This document shows, piece after piece, positions 26,740-39,156 of a stretch of 64,000 nt of DNA (position 1 is the stretch's first letter; each line of letters starts with the position of its first letter). The translations under genes were made by a program, and so were the position numbers. The notes under the pieces are model-generated. The model worked only from the letters and a program-made list of their open reading frames with translations, was not told the DNA's origin and searched no databases. The DNA lies in assembly GCF_002113885.1 (NCBI RefSeq), contig NW_018404023.1:97113-161112 (forward strand). Direction: 5' to 3'. Source of the DNA: Mizuhopecten yessoensis (lineage: Eukaryota).

Positions 26740-27700
26740 AGTATCTTTTACCTGTATAAACGCCAAAGCATTCTGCGTTTATCTGCTTGTATTTCTTTTT
26801 CAATTTCAAACTGTGCACGGAAAGAATATAAAGATGATAATAATGAAGTATCAAGTTTTCTTGGTGATGATCTTTTGAATTACATACCAGTTCCTAGTTT
26901 CAAACAATTTATTGAATATGAAAGGAACGGGTCGAAGACAGTTCAGGACTTGTTGGAAAATAATTATCAGTTTTTGTCATTCAATGATATTAACACTAAA
27001 TGTGAGAAAATGAACTTTTACAATATTTTGCAGTAATAGACCACAACCATCGATCAACAATCAATCAGAAAACACTAATTTTTTATGAAGACTTCTTCAA
27101 GCAAAAGGTCTTAGATATGTTTATAAAGCGAGTGTTGCTAACTACAAACATTATCCAGTTGAAAGGCAGGAAAAATGGAATAGAATGTTAAATACAAATT
27201 TAAATGATGATATAGGTTGGGAGAAAATTTATTTAACAAGCTTTCTGGTGACAATTGACACAAAACTTCAAAATCTACAATTTAAGATTCTTCATAGAAT
27301 AGTAACAACAAACAGTTTTCTTTACCAAATTACTGTTAAGGATGAGGATCCATGTAACCATAATCAATTGAACACTTATTTTTTAACTGTGCGAAAATAC
27401 ATAATATATGGAATGATTTAATAGCTTAGGTGAATGACTTGAATAACAATATTATCATTATTGATCAGATGGATATCAGGGATGTGTTATTGTTTTGCGA
27501 AAAGGGTCCACATATCATAAACTATCTCATACTGATTATTAAATATTACATCTATACATGTCGATTCAAATATATTGAACCGTCTTTCAATGGTGGAAAA
27601 AGACGCGTTATTCAACAACAACAGATTGAAAAAAAAGATGTCTTCTTTGAATAACACAATGAACAAGTTTAACCAAAAGTGGTCTCCCCTTAATATTTGA
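26740..27700 (+). mobile_element. Decayed L1/Tx1-clade LINE 3' ORF2 (zf-RVT region)
   Basis: WEKIYLTSFLVTIDTKLQNLQFKILHRIVTTNSFLYQI...C and IINYLILIIKYYIYTCRFK..PSF, frameshifted. Confidence 0.8.
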
Positions 27701-28879
27701 GAGAAAAAAGCTTTAATATAAATTGTATATCCGGGTACACTTACAACCCGTAAAGAATTAATTAAACCACGAAGAAAGATTTTTTGGTATTTAAGTAAAT
27801 AACAGGCGTATATGTATGTATTATATTTGTCATGTGTTATGTTGCTAAGTATGTTTATTGTTTTATGTGTATGTGTAGACCCAAATGGCATGGTAAATAT
27901 ATAATTATTTATTGTAATAGAAAGGATGGATGTATCCACATATCAATGTCTTAATATAAAGAATGTTTGCAATGTCTATATGCTGTCAGGCATGCAAGGA
28001 TGTATGTGTATGGGTGTACGAGTGTATGTGTGTACAATTATGTGTGGTATATATGTATGACTCAAGTAATATATTTGTCATTTCGAGTGTGTGTATGATG
28101 TATTTATGAATACATAATTTGTAGTTAAATTTCGCATAATTGTACACTGTTTATGTTTTTGTGTTTATGCATATAGGTCTAAATTGGTAGGTGCATTAGT
28201 ATTTGTACTTTTTTTTTTATTTCCCCAGACATTCCTTCTTAAGTTATTCCAAACTACACATGAAAAACATCATCATTCAAAGTACATGCATTTGGTTTTA
28301 TCTTGTCTTAATTTGAGGACAATATGGCAATTCCAAATCTATAAAGCAGAACTTTTGGCTTGTAAATGAATTTATAAATATAAAAATTCTTTCAATATTT
28401 GAATATATAAAGAAGGAATGGTTGACGTCATTTAATATATCAATTTAATAAAAAGAAAAATATTATCGTTATTGTAATGAATGAAATATACGTATGAAAG
28501 AATGAATGATTTTGAGTTTGATTATGAAAGAATGAATGATTCTGATTTAAAAGATGAAATGAAAAAGAAAGAGAGAATGAAGAGAAAGAGGCTTTTTGCA
28601 TGAGGCTATATTATGTAAGAGGGATGATCCCGGAACACCCAAAACCTGGCATCTCTCCCAAAGATGCTAGGGGAATAAAATACAATTTGAACCTAAAAAC
28701 AAAAACAAAAACAAAAAAAGAAATTCAAACTGTTTTTATTTTAACTAAATTTATTTTGCAGGGGTAACACTATTAATGTAATACACCCCTTTATGACTGC
28801 GTGCATCTTAGTTTGCAACAAGCGTTTTAATGATCGCCAGGTCGGAGAATAAAAAACCTAATACACCTGCTGTTACCCA

Positions 28880-29118
28880 CTGCAATTCATAAGAGGCGAC
28901 TAATGTGAGACCCCCTGCAGAATTAGGGAGTTGTGTTTGTGCCCTCTATTTCGTTTTGCACCTTAGGGTAATGGCAACAACTGGTTCATCCGTATTATGT
29001 GACCGGGGGAACACTATGCTGGGTGACTTCGGCATGCTATTTCAGCGGGATGGTACTATAAAGTCGCCATTAGAACCGCGCTTTTGCAAGGACGCAAAAA
29101 CCCAAACATAAACATACC
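28880..29118 (+). mobile_element. SINE with Meta-like central domain and (AAAC)-type tail
   Basis: aactggttcatccgtattatgtgaccgg...ttcggcatgctatttcagcgggatggtactataaag, ending ccaaacataaacatac. The family name is from recall, not from a search. Confidence 0.55.
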
Positions 29119-31007
29119 GCTCCATCACATATTCCGTCTTTGCGTATTGCAGAGTTATCTTCTCTTGTGAGCAAGTATTGATTGTTACGTCATTGGTTTG
29201 TGTGAGAAAATTGCGTCATTTTCTCAAAAATTGATGACGTTACTCTCACAACACAAAAGGAGTCACATAATAAGATGTCTGTGTCTGTTGATAGAACGTT
29301 AATCCCTGTATAACCAACCAACCGTGATTGGCAGTACACTATCTCCCAGAATACACTGCGGTCCCATTCATTAAAATCTTAAGATTGCAAGAAATCAATT
29401 GTCATCAATCTTTGAAAATGTTTCAAAAATTTCTATAATTTCTATAACCTCTGATTCATCGGAAAAGCGCTTAAAATATCTTTAGTATAATATACAAGAT
29501 CAATCTTATCTCAAGTGATTATACATCAGGTTATAAAAGTATAAATGTGTGTCAATTCCTTGATAGGCAAGTCTCGGAACTACAGGAACGGGAAAATTTG
29601 TAAAAGGAACAGTAATATTGTGCTTTTGCATAAAGTGAAAATGTGCCATCTTGGCCTTTTTCTGAAGTCTTGAAACAATTTTTTAGTACAGTGATTGTTT
29701 CATTATGATATCGTCTTCTCCCGACTTTGTCTCCAAATTAAAACTCAAACAAACATTTACCAGACTAGCTTGCCGTGAATTACATTGGGATCATTCCGCA
29801 TTAAAAAATGCAGACTATCTTGACAGGTAACGTTATATTTTTCATGACGAAAATCGTCCTTTGAGTGGGTCTTGTGACCCTCTAATATTACTATCCTCGT
29901 TTGTGACCGAATCTACCTAATGCATATTAAAGAAAGATCTACTTAACTTGTATCCCGATAATTCGAAACGGCTCGTGGGTCTCCCGGACACTCCTGTCGC
30001 CAATGTCCAGCCTTCCACCCCCGAAGCAAGTGTCAGGCTTGTTGCTGCTCTTAGGGGTTTGTTTTATTCCGGAAGTTGGCGTCGTATTTACGTCGATGAT
30101 GTCTATTCTTGTTTCTTCCCCGGTTGATTTTTCTTCTCCCCCGTCCCTTTTTAATAGCCCCGGCCCTACCCCCTTTCTTTCCATCGTATGCTATTGTATT
30201 AGCCACATGTTTGCCTACAGTTTTCCAGTTGGTCTCGGAACTGTCTGCCAAATGAAAGAGATTGTTCTGTAATCTAACAATGACATACCTTTCTCTATCT
30301 TGAGTCAAGTCAAGTAGACTCTGGAACAGTCGCCGTGGTGATTGCTCCTCACAGTTCCTTTTCTTTATTTGTAACCGTCTGTGCCCTGGATGAATCGAAG
30401 TTTTCTCAATCTCTGATCATGAACTCTCACACATTATCAGCTAGAAAGAATCTCAGCTTTTTGACATTAATTCCAAATGCCCGAGCCTTTCGTTTTTGTA
30501 CTTACTCACTGCTGTTTGTTTCTAATCAGATGGGGAAATGTTATAGTTCCTTTCTCATGGTGCGAATGTTAAAAACTAAAAGTCTTGTGAGAAAAATTCA
30601 TGACCTCATTAGTCGACGAAAAGCTCGAGAATGACTACATGGTGATAACGCCTTTCTACACGCGGCCGAGAGTCGCACGTGCACTTCGTGTAAGACAACT
30701 GCTCGCTCCGAAACGCGGAAATATTAAATCAAGAATGTTGAGATGTATTCTCTTATTTTCATGACAGAGCTCTCCATGCATGTAAGTAGCAACAATTTAT
30801 AAGAACTTTCGTAATCTCGTTTGTACTTTCTCAACTTTTTTTTTTTTAAAGGACCACACAAGAAAAAAAAAATGTCCGAAAATGTATATGTTTTGTCTTA
30901 ATATATATGAGTGTGTAAAAAGTGCCTTTGTGAAACTATACTCTTTTAATATTGTAGTCTTTTTAAAAGCAAATAAACTGGTTGTATTTGTTGAAGTGAC
31001 GAGAGTC

Positions 31008-31039
31008 ATAAGCGAGTTCCAGGAGTAGGAGGAGGAGGA
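31008..31039. repeat. (GGA)n microsatellite
   Basis: Direct observation. Confidence 0.85.
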
Positions 31040-31299
31040 GGTGGAGGAGGAGGAGGAGAGTGAAAGACGGGATTTTTGATGCCATTCCTTTGGTTATGTT
31101 GTCTCTTTTGTTTCCGGTTGTCAGCTTTAATTACAGTTGTGTTTTTATAAGTTATTTTTCTTCCGCTCTTTTTTATGTTATATTTCTTTTTCTCTCTCTT
31201 GTTTGTTTTTTGTTTTGCAGAAAAGACGTCATTGTATTTTAACGAGAAAAGACCATTAAATACCGCACTAATGCCTCAATGTCAAGGTAACGCAGGGTG

Positions 31300-31770
31300 T
31301 GGATATAATTAATCTGAGTTACTAGGAAACCTTAAAAATGATATCAAGTAAGACAACATAATATATTATACCGATAGCAAAGATCATCACTTTTTAGACA
31401 TGTATTTAAGTGGGTGATAATTCGTCTTTGTTACAAGGATTTGAAAACAAAATCGTTCCAGGTAAGGCAACATAATTTATTAAATCAATAATAAAAATCA
31501 TCACTTAAAGTAAAAACTTTATATATCTGAGGTTAAACATGTATTTAAGTCAGTGGTCATTCATCTTTGTTACTAGGAAACTTTTTAAAAATATTTTCAG
31601 GCAATACAACATACTATATTAAACCAATAGTAAAGGTTCCCATTTTATGAAAAAACTCTACATATCTGAGGTTGCACATGTATTTAAGTAAGTGATGACT
31701 CAATTTTGTTACTAGGAAACTTTAAAAAAATGATTTCATGTAAGACAACATAACATATAGCAATAATAAA
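31300..31770. repeat. Degenerate ~139-bp tandem repeat, 3-4 copies
   Basis: gttactaggaaac-like motif at about 31318, 31431, 31569 and 31708, mostly preceded by catgtatttaagt. Confidence 0.7.
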
Positions 31771-31905
31771 GTGCGCCCCTTATTTTTTTCGTATACACAG
31801 TAACCTCCCCTTAATTTTGTTTTGTGTATAACTGTAGCACAGTTGGGCCAGGATAATTCTGTTGAATCGGCAGCTCAATCCGTTAGAGCGATAGTTTCCA
31901 ATCTG

Positions 31906-32153
31906 GGCATGTATTCATGAAACTGTTCTCATGCTCAAGCATGGATTTTGTGCTCAAGCCTTATTTCTTGTTTCAGGCATAAATTAATAATAAATCTTAT
32001 TTTTTCAATTATTTGTAAAAACATTGAATACAGTTTGCAGTGTTTACATTTGATTTTTATATTATTTTACATGATTAATGTTGAGTTGCAAGATAGTTTA
32101 TTTGAGCACAAAATCCATGCTTGAGTATGAAAATGGTTTCATGAATACGGGTC
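31906..32153. mobile_element. PIF/Harbinger-like MITE copy 1 (~55-bp TIRs)
   Basis: ggcatgtattcatgaaactgttctcatgctcaagcatggattttgtgctcaa and its reverse complement; flanks CTG/CAA. Confidence 0.8.
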
Positions 32154-32164
32154 CAAAAGTCCAG

Positions 32165-32424
32165 GGCCCGTATTCATGAAACTGTTCTCATGCCCAGACT
32201 GAAATTCTGTGCTCAAGCCCAATTTCTTGTTTCAGTTATAAACTAGTTCAAAAAGCAACTAGGTGATTTTGAAGACTATTGAAGAGACTTCAAGCCAGCT
32301 GTCAGGTTAAATGTTTAAACCTGGCTTTTTTTACTGTGTCATATCATTTGAGTGAGTTACAAGAAAGTTTATTTGAGCAAAGAACTAATGCTTGAGCATG
32401 AGGACGGTTTCATGAGTATGGGCC
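32165..32424. mobile_element. PIF/Harbinger-like MITE copy 2
   Basis: ggcccgtattcatgaa...ttcatgagtatgggcc with a perfect 3-bp CAG target-site duplication. Confidence 0.85.
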
Positions 32425-32685
32425 CAGGGTTCGAATCCTGGTCTAGACAGGATGATTTCTTTTTTAAATTTAGAATATTGTTGTTGATTATATTCTATTA
32501 ATTTCATCAGCATTGTTTTTTCCCATAAAAGCCTCACAAGGTATGATTTTCTTTTCAGAAACGTTTCATCAAAGCAATACCGGTAGTCATGCCGGAAAAA
32601 GAAATTTTTAATGCATAGCTACATTTTGGGCAGTGGTACAGGGATCCTTAAAATAAAAATTCTTCATATCTGAGGTTTAAAAGTA

Positions 32686-32762
32686 AGTTTGGTTTGGTTT
32701 AATGTTGTTTAACGTCCTTTTTACAGCTAAGGTCATTTAAGGACGTGCCTGTGTGTGTGTAT
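32686..32762 (-). mobile_element. SINE 3' tail fragment
   Basis: ccttaaatgaccttagctgtaaaaaggacgttaaacaac plus (AAACC)n on the minus strand; a related tail is at 29282-29323 (+). Confidence 0.5.
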
Positions 32763-33799
32763 GGAGGAGACAGGATATGTTGTATTTAACAAACAAAACC
32801 AGTAGTTATATATGTAAAAACAATGTAGTGAATGTGGTATTGGTCCCATATTAGCATAAACTTTCTAATAATTTCTATTCTCTACCATACCTGACGTATT
32901 ACATTTAAAAATATGTTTTTATGTAACTCTTTTGTTTCATAAGATTGATGATTGACCTGTAATTGAATTTAAATGAGTTGTTTTAAAATCAGTGCGTGGT
33001 TCTATAAAACATATTGTTCACATGTTTAAGTGTTGTATTACATGATAAAAAGCATTTTATATGTCTAGCCCGTCGTTTCAACAGAATTAGGACTAATTAG
33101 TGATACAATATTCTAAAATATTCATGGATCTTGATATTTTGTATTGTTAAACCCTTTGAAATGACTGCCTTCGGGCAATGCTCTATTGTTTCTATTTGCT
33201 TCTGAGCTCTTACAAGGCTATTAATCAGATATGATATATTCCAAAACAAATTCGNGGGAGGGGGGGGAGGGGGGCACATTGTTTTAGCTGCCAAATAGTT
33301 TCCAGAGTTTATTTCTTAGAAACTAATGGTCGGACACTTACGAAACTTCACATGAACATTGATTTGGATGTGCAGAGCGTGTTTTATTTGTCTTTCAGTC
33401 GCCATGGCCCATAAATAATTGAGACATTTACGGGTGTACGCCAAGGTGATGCTAACAGTCCATCTCTTTGTTCCGAATTTGCTCCAACTTTGTATGCTTT
33501 CCATTACATCATTTGTGACTACATGGACAGTTTAAGGGACGTATGCACCCGTTACAGTTAGAACTTGTTGTTACTTATTTTAGACGGTCTACATGAAGTA
33601 CCAGTTTGAACAAATTTTCTGTCGAATCCGAACTTTATCGGTTTCTAATACACTTCTAATATTAAAAAGAGTCTTAAGGATCCCCGTACTACTGCCAAAA
33701 ACTGTCACTAAGTACTGCAAAGTGCTTTTTTCCGGCATTTCAATAGCTATGATAAATATTTTTGGGGAAAAAACCCCTTAAGGGACTCTTATGAGTAAT

Positions 33800-34030
33800 A
33801 ATAAAGATAAAATAAACAAAACACAATCAACAACAGTGTTCTGTGTGTAACTGATGAAAGGGCCTCAACCAGGATTCGAACCGCGGACTTCAGATTGGTA
33901 TACTGTCGCTCTAATCGATTGAGTCTATGCCAAACTGTGCTACAATTACAATAACGGAAATTAAGGGGAGGTTACTCTATATATTGGGTAAAACCGCAGT
34001 GCGGCGGGACAAGGTTCCTTCAAGGCGTTG
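33800..34030 (-). mobile_element. Interspersed repeat with internal tRNA-like module (copy 3, uninterrupted; tRNA-like part 33860-33932)
   Basis: Minus strand: agtaacctccccttaattt...ggcatagactcaatcgattagagcgacagtataccaatctgaagtccgcggttcgaatcctggttgaggccc. Confidence 0.7.
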
Positions 34031-34657
34031 TTCCCCTTGCGCTATGTTTCTATGTTTCTAACACTTTAGACATGACATAGATTTTCATTTTACCTCAAAG
34101 TATCATTGATGAGTTCTAAAGGGACTAAATGGCCACATGCGGCAGCAAAACATTATTTGGATTTCTGTATCGAAATTCCTTTCGTCGTATTTTTCATGAT
34201 TATTTTACAATGTTGTATTGCCCAAAACGACTTAAAATTGCCGGTGATCTGTAAACTAATACGAAAACTGTCGATCTGAATTCTGGAAACCAACAACGTT
34301 TAAGTGTTAATGCATATGATGTCCATTCCCTTCAGTAACGATCGTTAATTTGTTTCATTGCCACGTAATATTGCTTTCACGCTACATTTACGATATTTTT
34401 TCTTTCATGAAGCATGTTGCTTTCAAATGACGTATTAGTTTCTAGTTGTTGCTTTGATGAGCAATGCCAATTTTACTTCTGACAATATTGGCAGGATTTG
34501 AACCTTTTGAACTGTGCAACACTCATTCTTTTGGTTTGGTGAATAGGATTAGGTTCATACCAAATTATGAACTACCATTGCGCAAGTGTTATGCCGACAC
34601 CTATACCTGAACCGTCCTGGGATTGGTTTAACCGATATCCATGACGTACGTCGTTTT

Positions 34658-34906
34658 ATAATATAAACTTTATTCATTTTTCAACAATTATTAAAGCAAG
34701 TTATTTCAACTTATACTAATCACTCTTATTTACCCGGATATTAATGCTTTGGGGATGTTAATGTGGGTAGAAACCGGAGTACCCGGAGAAAACCTACGGA
34801 CGGGCAGGTGACCCCATAACTTTTCACGTCCGATCATGATCAGGGAATCAGACCCCGGTCGCCTTGGTGAAAGGCAAGTGTGCTATCCACTGCACCACCC
34901 GACTAT
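34658..34906 (-). mobile_element. tRNA-derived SINE with V-domain-like core
   Basis: Head ggtggtgcagtggatagcacacttgcctttcaccaaggcgaccggggt, core ggttttctccgggtactccggtttctacccaca, AT-rich tail with aataaa. Confidence 0.8.
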
Positions 34907-35243
34907 CTCTTCTTGAAACGTACGTGCTTGACGCAGAAAGTAGGATGATATGATAACAGGAATTGAGGAGACAATGAAACATAAGGTAATAGATCGTGAT
35001 TTGAAACAAGATTGATGTAAAACAATTCGCTCGTTGGGTTAAAGCATAAAACTTTTAAGTGTATATTCGATCTTCCCCGACAGGAAACCCTGACTACTTC
35101 CAAATTATCGATCAGCATGCCGTGCCCATCAAGGAAAGCATAATGTTTGGGTTGTGAAGAAGGGAATTCACTGCCACTTATAAATTCTGTATGTACAAAA
35201 TGTAGTATGTGTGTAGGGGTGCGTGACACGGATGAGGAAATGA

Positions 35244-36632
35244 AACAAGAGGCCCATGGGCCTTAACGGTCACCTGATATATTTATACAGAGAGTTGATT
35301 TTGTTTTTAACATGAACAGAATTATTATTCAAAATGACAAAAAAACAATAAAACCACCTTATTCAATATCTAGCATACAGATTTAAGACAAAAAAGTATT
35401 TGAAACTAGCACCACTGATTCTAAACAAGGAAACTGAAAAAAANNNNNNNNNNNNNNNNNNNNNNNNNNNNNNNNNNNNNNNNNNNNNNNNNNNNNNNNN
35501 NNNNNNNNNNNNNNNNNNNNNNNNNNNNNNNNNNNNNNNNNNNNNNNNNNNNNNNNNNNNNNNNNNNNNNNNNNNNNNNNNNNNNNNNNNNNNNNNNNNN
35601 NNNNNNNNNNNNNNNNNNNNNNNNNNNNNNNNNNNNNNNNNNNNNNNNNNNNNNNNNNNNNNNNNNNNNNNNNNNNNNNNNNNNNNNNNNNNNNNNNNNN
35701 NNNNNNNNNNNNNNNNNNNNNNNNNNNNNNNNNNNNNNNNNNNNNNNNNNNNNNNNNNNNNNNNNNNNNNNNNNNNNNNNNNNNNNNNNNNNNNNNNNNN
35801 NNNNNNNNNNNNNNNNNNNNNNNNNNNNNNNNNNNNNNNNNNNNNNNNNNNNNNNNNNNNNNNNNNNNNNNNNNNNNNNNNNNNNNNNNNNNNNNNNNNN
35901 NNNNNNNNNNNNNNNNNNNNNNNNNNNNNNNNNNNNNNNNNNNNNNNNNNNNNNNNNNNNNNNNNNNNNNNNNNNNNNNNNNNNNNNNNNNNNNNNNNNN
36001 NNNNNNNNNNNNNNNNNNNNNNNNNNNNNNNNNNNNNNNNNNNNNNNNNNNNNNNNNNNNNNNNNNNNNNNNNNNNNNNNNNNNNNNNNNNNNNNNNNNN
36101 NNNNNNNNNNNNNNNNNNNNNNNNNNNNNNNNNNNNNNNNNNNNNNNNNNNNNNNAAATTGAATTACTTCCAATGGAAATTAAACAAATGTTGGTCCAAA
36201 ATGTGATTTCCCTATATAAACTATAGTAAAGTTTACCCCCTCCCCAGGGGAAAACGTGAGACCCCAGGGTCAAGAAATTCACAATTTTTGTAAAGCACCT
36301 TAAGACCCTTCCATCTATGAAGAGTATTTGATTCTACCATATCTGGGTCTTGAGAAGAAGATTTTTGAAATTTTAGTCAATTTGACCCTTTTTGGCCCCG
36401 CCCCTCAGGCCCCTGGGGGCTTAGGACTAAACCGGCAACTATTTTTGTTGATCTTTGTCCATGGAAGGTTCCTGCAAAATTTCAGTGAAATTGGTTCAGT
36501 GGTTTTGGAGAAGAAGTCGAAAATGTAAATTGTTTACGGACGCACGACGGACGACGGACGATGAACGACGGACGACGACGGACAAAAGGCGATCGCAATA
36601 GGTCACTTGAGACTTTGTCTCAGGTGACCTAA
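35244..36632 (-). mobile_element. Helentron-associated non-autonomous element (HINE/pearl-like) spanning the assembly gap
   Basis: Subterminal IR ggtcacctga/tcaggtgacc, terminal hairpin taggtcacttgagactttgtctcaggtgaccta, an adjacent (GGAC/GAC)n microsatellite, palindrome aggcccatgggcct at the other end, and AA/TT flanks. Confidence 0.75.
35444..36155. other. Assembly gap (712 N)
   Basis: Run of N. Confidence 1.
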
Positions 36633-37772
36633 TAACAATATGGTGAAACTGAGGCCGCCACGTTTTTAACATATAACCATTGTTATAGGCAGCAAATGAT
36701 GTAATAACATGTTCGGACTGGTTAAAGTTTGTCAGAGACGTATATCCTACAACATGCGGCGGATCTCCCATAACAATACTGTCATGCATGCTCTTGCAGA
36801 TTTGTGTGAGTTGCCAATCTCTCTGGCTTTACAGGTCTCTGAGCTTGAGAATGTAGTACTGAAAATTTCTTATTCAATACCAAAACCCTGTCGATATAGT
36901 TTGAAAAAAAGTTCTACTTTTAAAATGTTGACAATGATGATACTTTTCAGAGAGTTTCTGGCATTTTGCTGAACAGAATCTACTACAAATTATTTATCTA
37001 CATTGTAACTCAAAACGGCAACCCAATCTCCACAAGATGTGTAAATTCGTCTGAAATGAATAAAAAAACTTAAAACATTGATTTATTTGTATTATTTTAT
37101 TTTGTCGTCTTCCTTCAGACAGGAAGTTTTGAAATCCTCCATGTGGTTCACAGAACCACTGAAAGTGTATTATATAGATATATATATATTTATAGTATAT
37201 TGTATAAAATATTCTAGAATGCATAGCTCCAATAAAGTTAGGTAGACACAATATTTACACTGTAGAGAGTAGAAAACAATATATATCCAACAGTAATTCT
37301 CTGTAACTGACAGATCAACCTAACCCTTACCTCTCTAAACATCTACATGGTATAACCCAAATCAAAGGTGGGACGGGACTACTACAATAAGTTAGGATAT
37401 ACTAGGTTTATAGGCATGGACAATATTAAAACATTAAATATTTTCTGAACACTTTGTTATTGGTTTTCATGGACATAAATAAAAATGTTTTAGTTTGACA
37501 TGAGAAACGTAAGAAGGATGTTTGTTAATTTATAATTAAAATTCCAGAGTTTAACTATGGTAACTGTGAAAAACAGTTAAATGACAATGTTAAATGTTTT
37601 GATGGAGAGGTCACCATGAAGTTGTCTTGCAATAAATAATGTACTGCTGACTGCTATAACTTATAACATTTTGATTTATTCCTCTTTCATCTTATTGTTT
37701 ATGAGTAACAATAAAAATGAAATGACTTAAATTACGTAAAATTTGAATAAGTTATATCCCCAAATACTAGTA

Positions 37773-37863
37773 TCAACCCTTTCACCACTGTACACCATAA
37801 TGAACTCATCCAGATCCATGCATGGGAGAGTCGACTAAAGTTTCACAGGGGTGAAAGGGTTAA
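37773..37863 (-). mobile_element. piggyBac-like MITE subfamily A
   Basis: tcaa-ccctttcacc...ggggtgaaaggg-ttaa. Confidence 0.8.
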
Positions 37864-38232
37864 TCATAGATTCCTTTCTGGAGATAAGACCATGTATCAT
37901 CTTTCTAGATGCATTTACACCAGTGCATTCAAATATCGAAAATTTATTTATTGTCCTAGACTATTATTTAATTTTGTTTTATTTATACATGCAATTTCTC
38001 CTGCATTTTAACTTATAAAAGATCTCACATGCTGGTGATCTAGTTAGATTGGTTATTCCATGTCAAGGTAGTGAAAGATATATTGCAGGTACATAAAAAA
38101 ATTACCAGTTTTTTCTTGATCTTGATTAAACATGAAATAGTCATATCCTATGAACTAGGCATTAAATGTTGAACACACATCCTCAATTGTTACTTGGTAT
38201 ATATTAAGTATTTTAACTCAATAAAATATCAG

Positions 38233-38410
38233 CAGTAAAACCTTGATATAATCCCCCTTTTTTCATTTTCCACCTTGCTTACTGCTAAAATATATCAATT
38301 ATTTTCTTTTCCTGACATTCCTTTCTATATTGGTCGGTATATCACTAAACCTCTTTATAATGCCAAAGTTGTGTTGGCCAAATGGTGGCAGTATAATGAG
38401 TTTTTATTTT
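38233..38410 (+). mobile_element. Tigger-like MITE (same family as 12424-12612)
   Basis: Starts cagtaaaaccttgatataat; collinear internal similarity to the other copies. Confidence 0.6.
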
Positions 38411-38436
38411 ATATATATAATAGACTTTGATATATG

Positions 38437-39156
38437 ACAATAAAACCTTGATATAACGCCCCTCACTTCATTTGCCATCTTTCTTACTGCAAACATATTT
38501 TAACCCTTTCACCCCTATGTAACTTTAATAACCTCTACCATCGATTGATATGGATGAGTCCATTATGGTGTACAGTGTTGAAAGGGTTAAGGTATCATTT
38601 TCCGTTTTTTCCCCTTAACAATTCATAAATATTTCTTACTGCAAACATATTTTAACCCTTTCACCCCTATGTAACTTTAATAGCCTCTACCATAAATTGA
38701 TCTGGATGAGTCCATTATGGTGTACGGTGTTGAAAGGGTTAAGGTCTCCTTTTCCGTGTTTTTTCCTTAACAATTCATTAATATTTCTTACTGCAAACAT
38801 ATTTTAACCCTTTCACCCCTATGTAACTTTAATAACCTCTACCATTAATTGATCTGGATGAGTCCATTATGGTGTATGGTGTTGAAAGGGTTAAGGTCTC
38901 CTTTTCCGGGTTTTTTCCTTAACAATTCCTTAATATTTCTTACTGCAAACATATTTTAACCCTTTCACCCCTATGTAACTTTAATAACCTCTACCATAAA
39001 TTGATCTGGATGAGTCCATTATGGTGTACAGTGTTGAAAGGGTTAAGGTATAATTTCCGTTTTTTCCCCTTAACAATTCCTTAATATATCTCTCTCAATT
39101 AACTACCGAACCCCTTAATAATATCAAAATGATAGCAATATAACAAGGTTTTACTG
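38437..39156 (+). mobile_element. Tigger-like MITE expanded by an internal tandem array
   Basis: TIRs caataaaaccttgatata / tataacaaggttttactg. Confidence 0.65.
38481..39088. repeat. 152-bp tandem repeat x4, each unit carrying a TTAA-flanked MITE
   Basis: ttcttactgcaaacat at 38481, 38633, 38785 and 38937. Confidence 0.95.

Larger units (their letters stand above)
31795..32500 (+). mobile_element. Interspersed repeat with internal tRNA-like module (copy 2), split by two MITEs
   Basis: A box cagctcaatccgttagagcg at about 31871 and B box ggttcgaatcc at 32428; these rejoin when the MITEs are removed. Confidence 0.7.

Noticed and set aside
33860-33932. Functional tRNA gene
   Set aside because: The acceptor and anticodon stems pair poorly, and it is part of a dispersed repeat with disrupted copies.
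35383-36282. Long ORFs of X residues
   Set aside because: Artefacts of the N gap.
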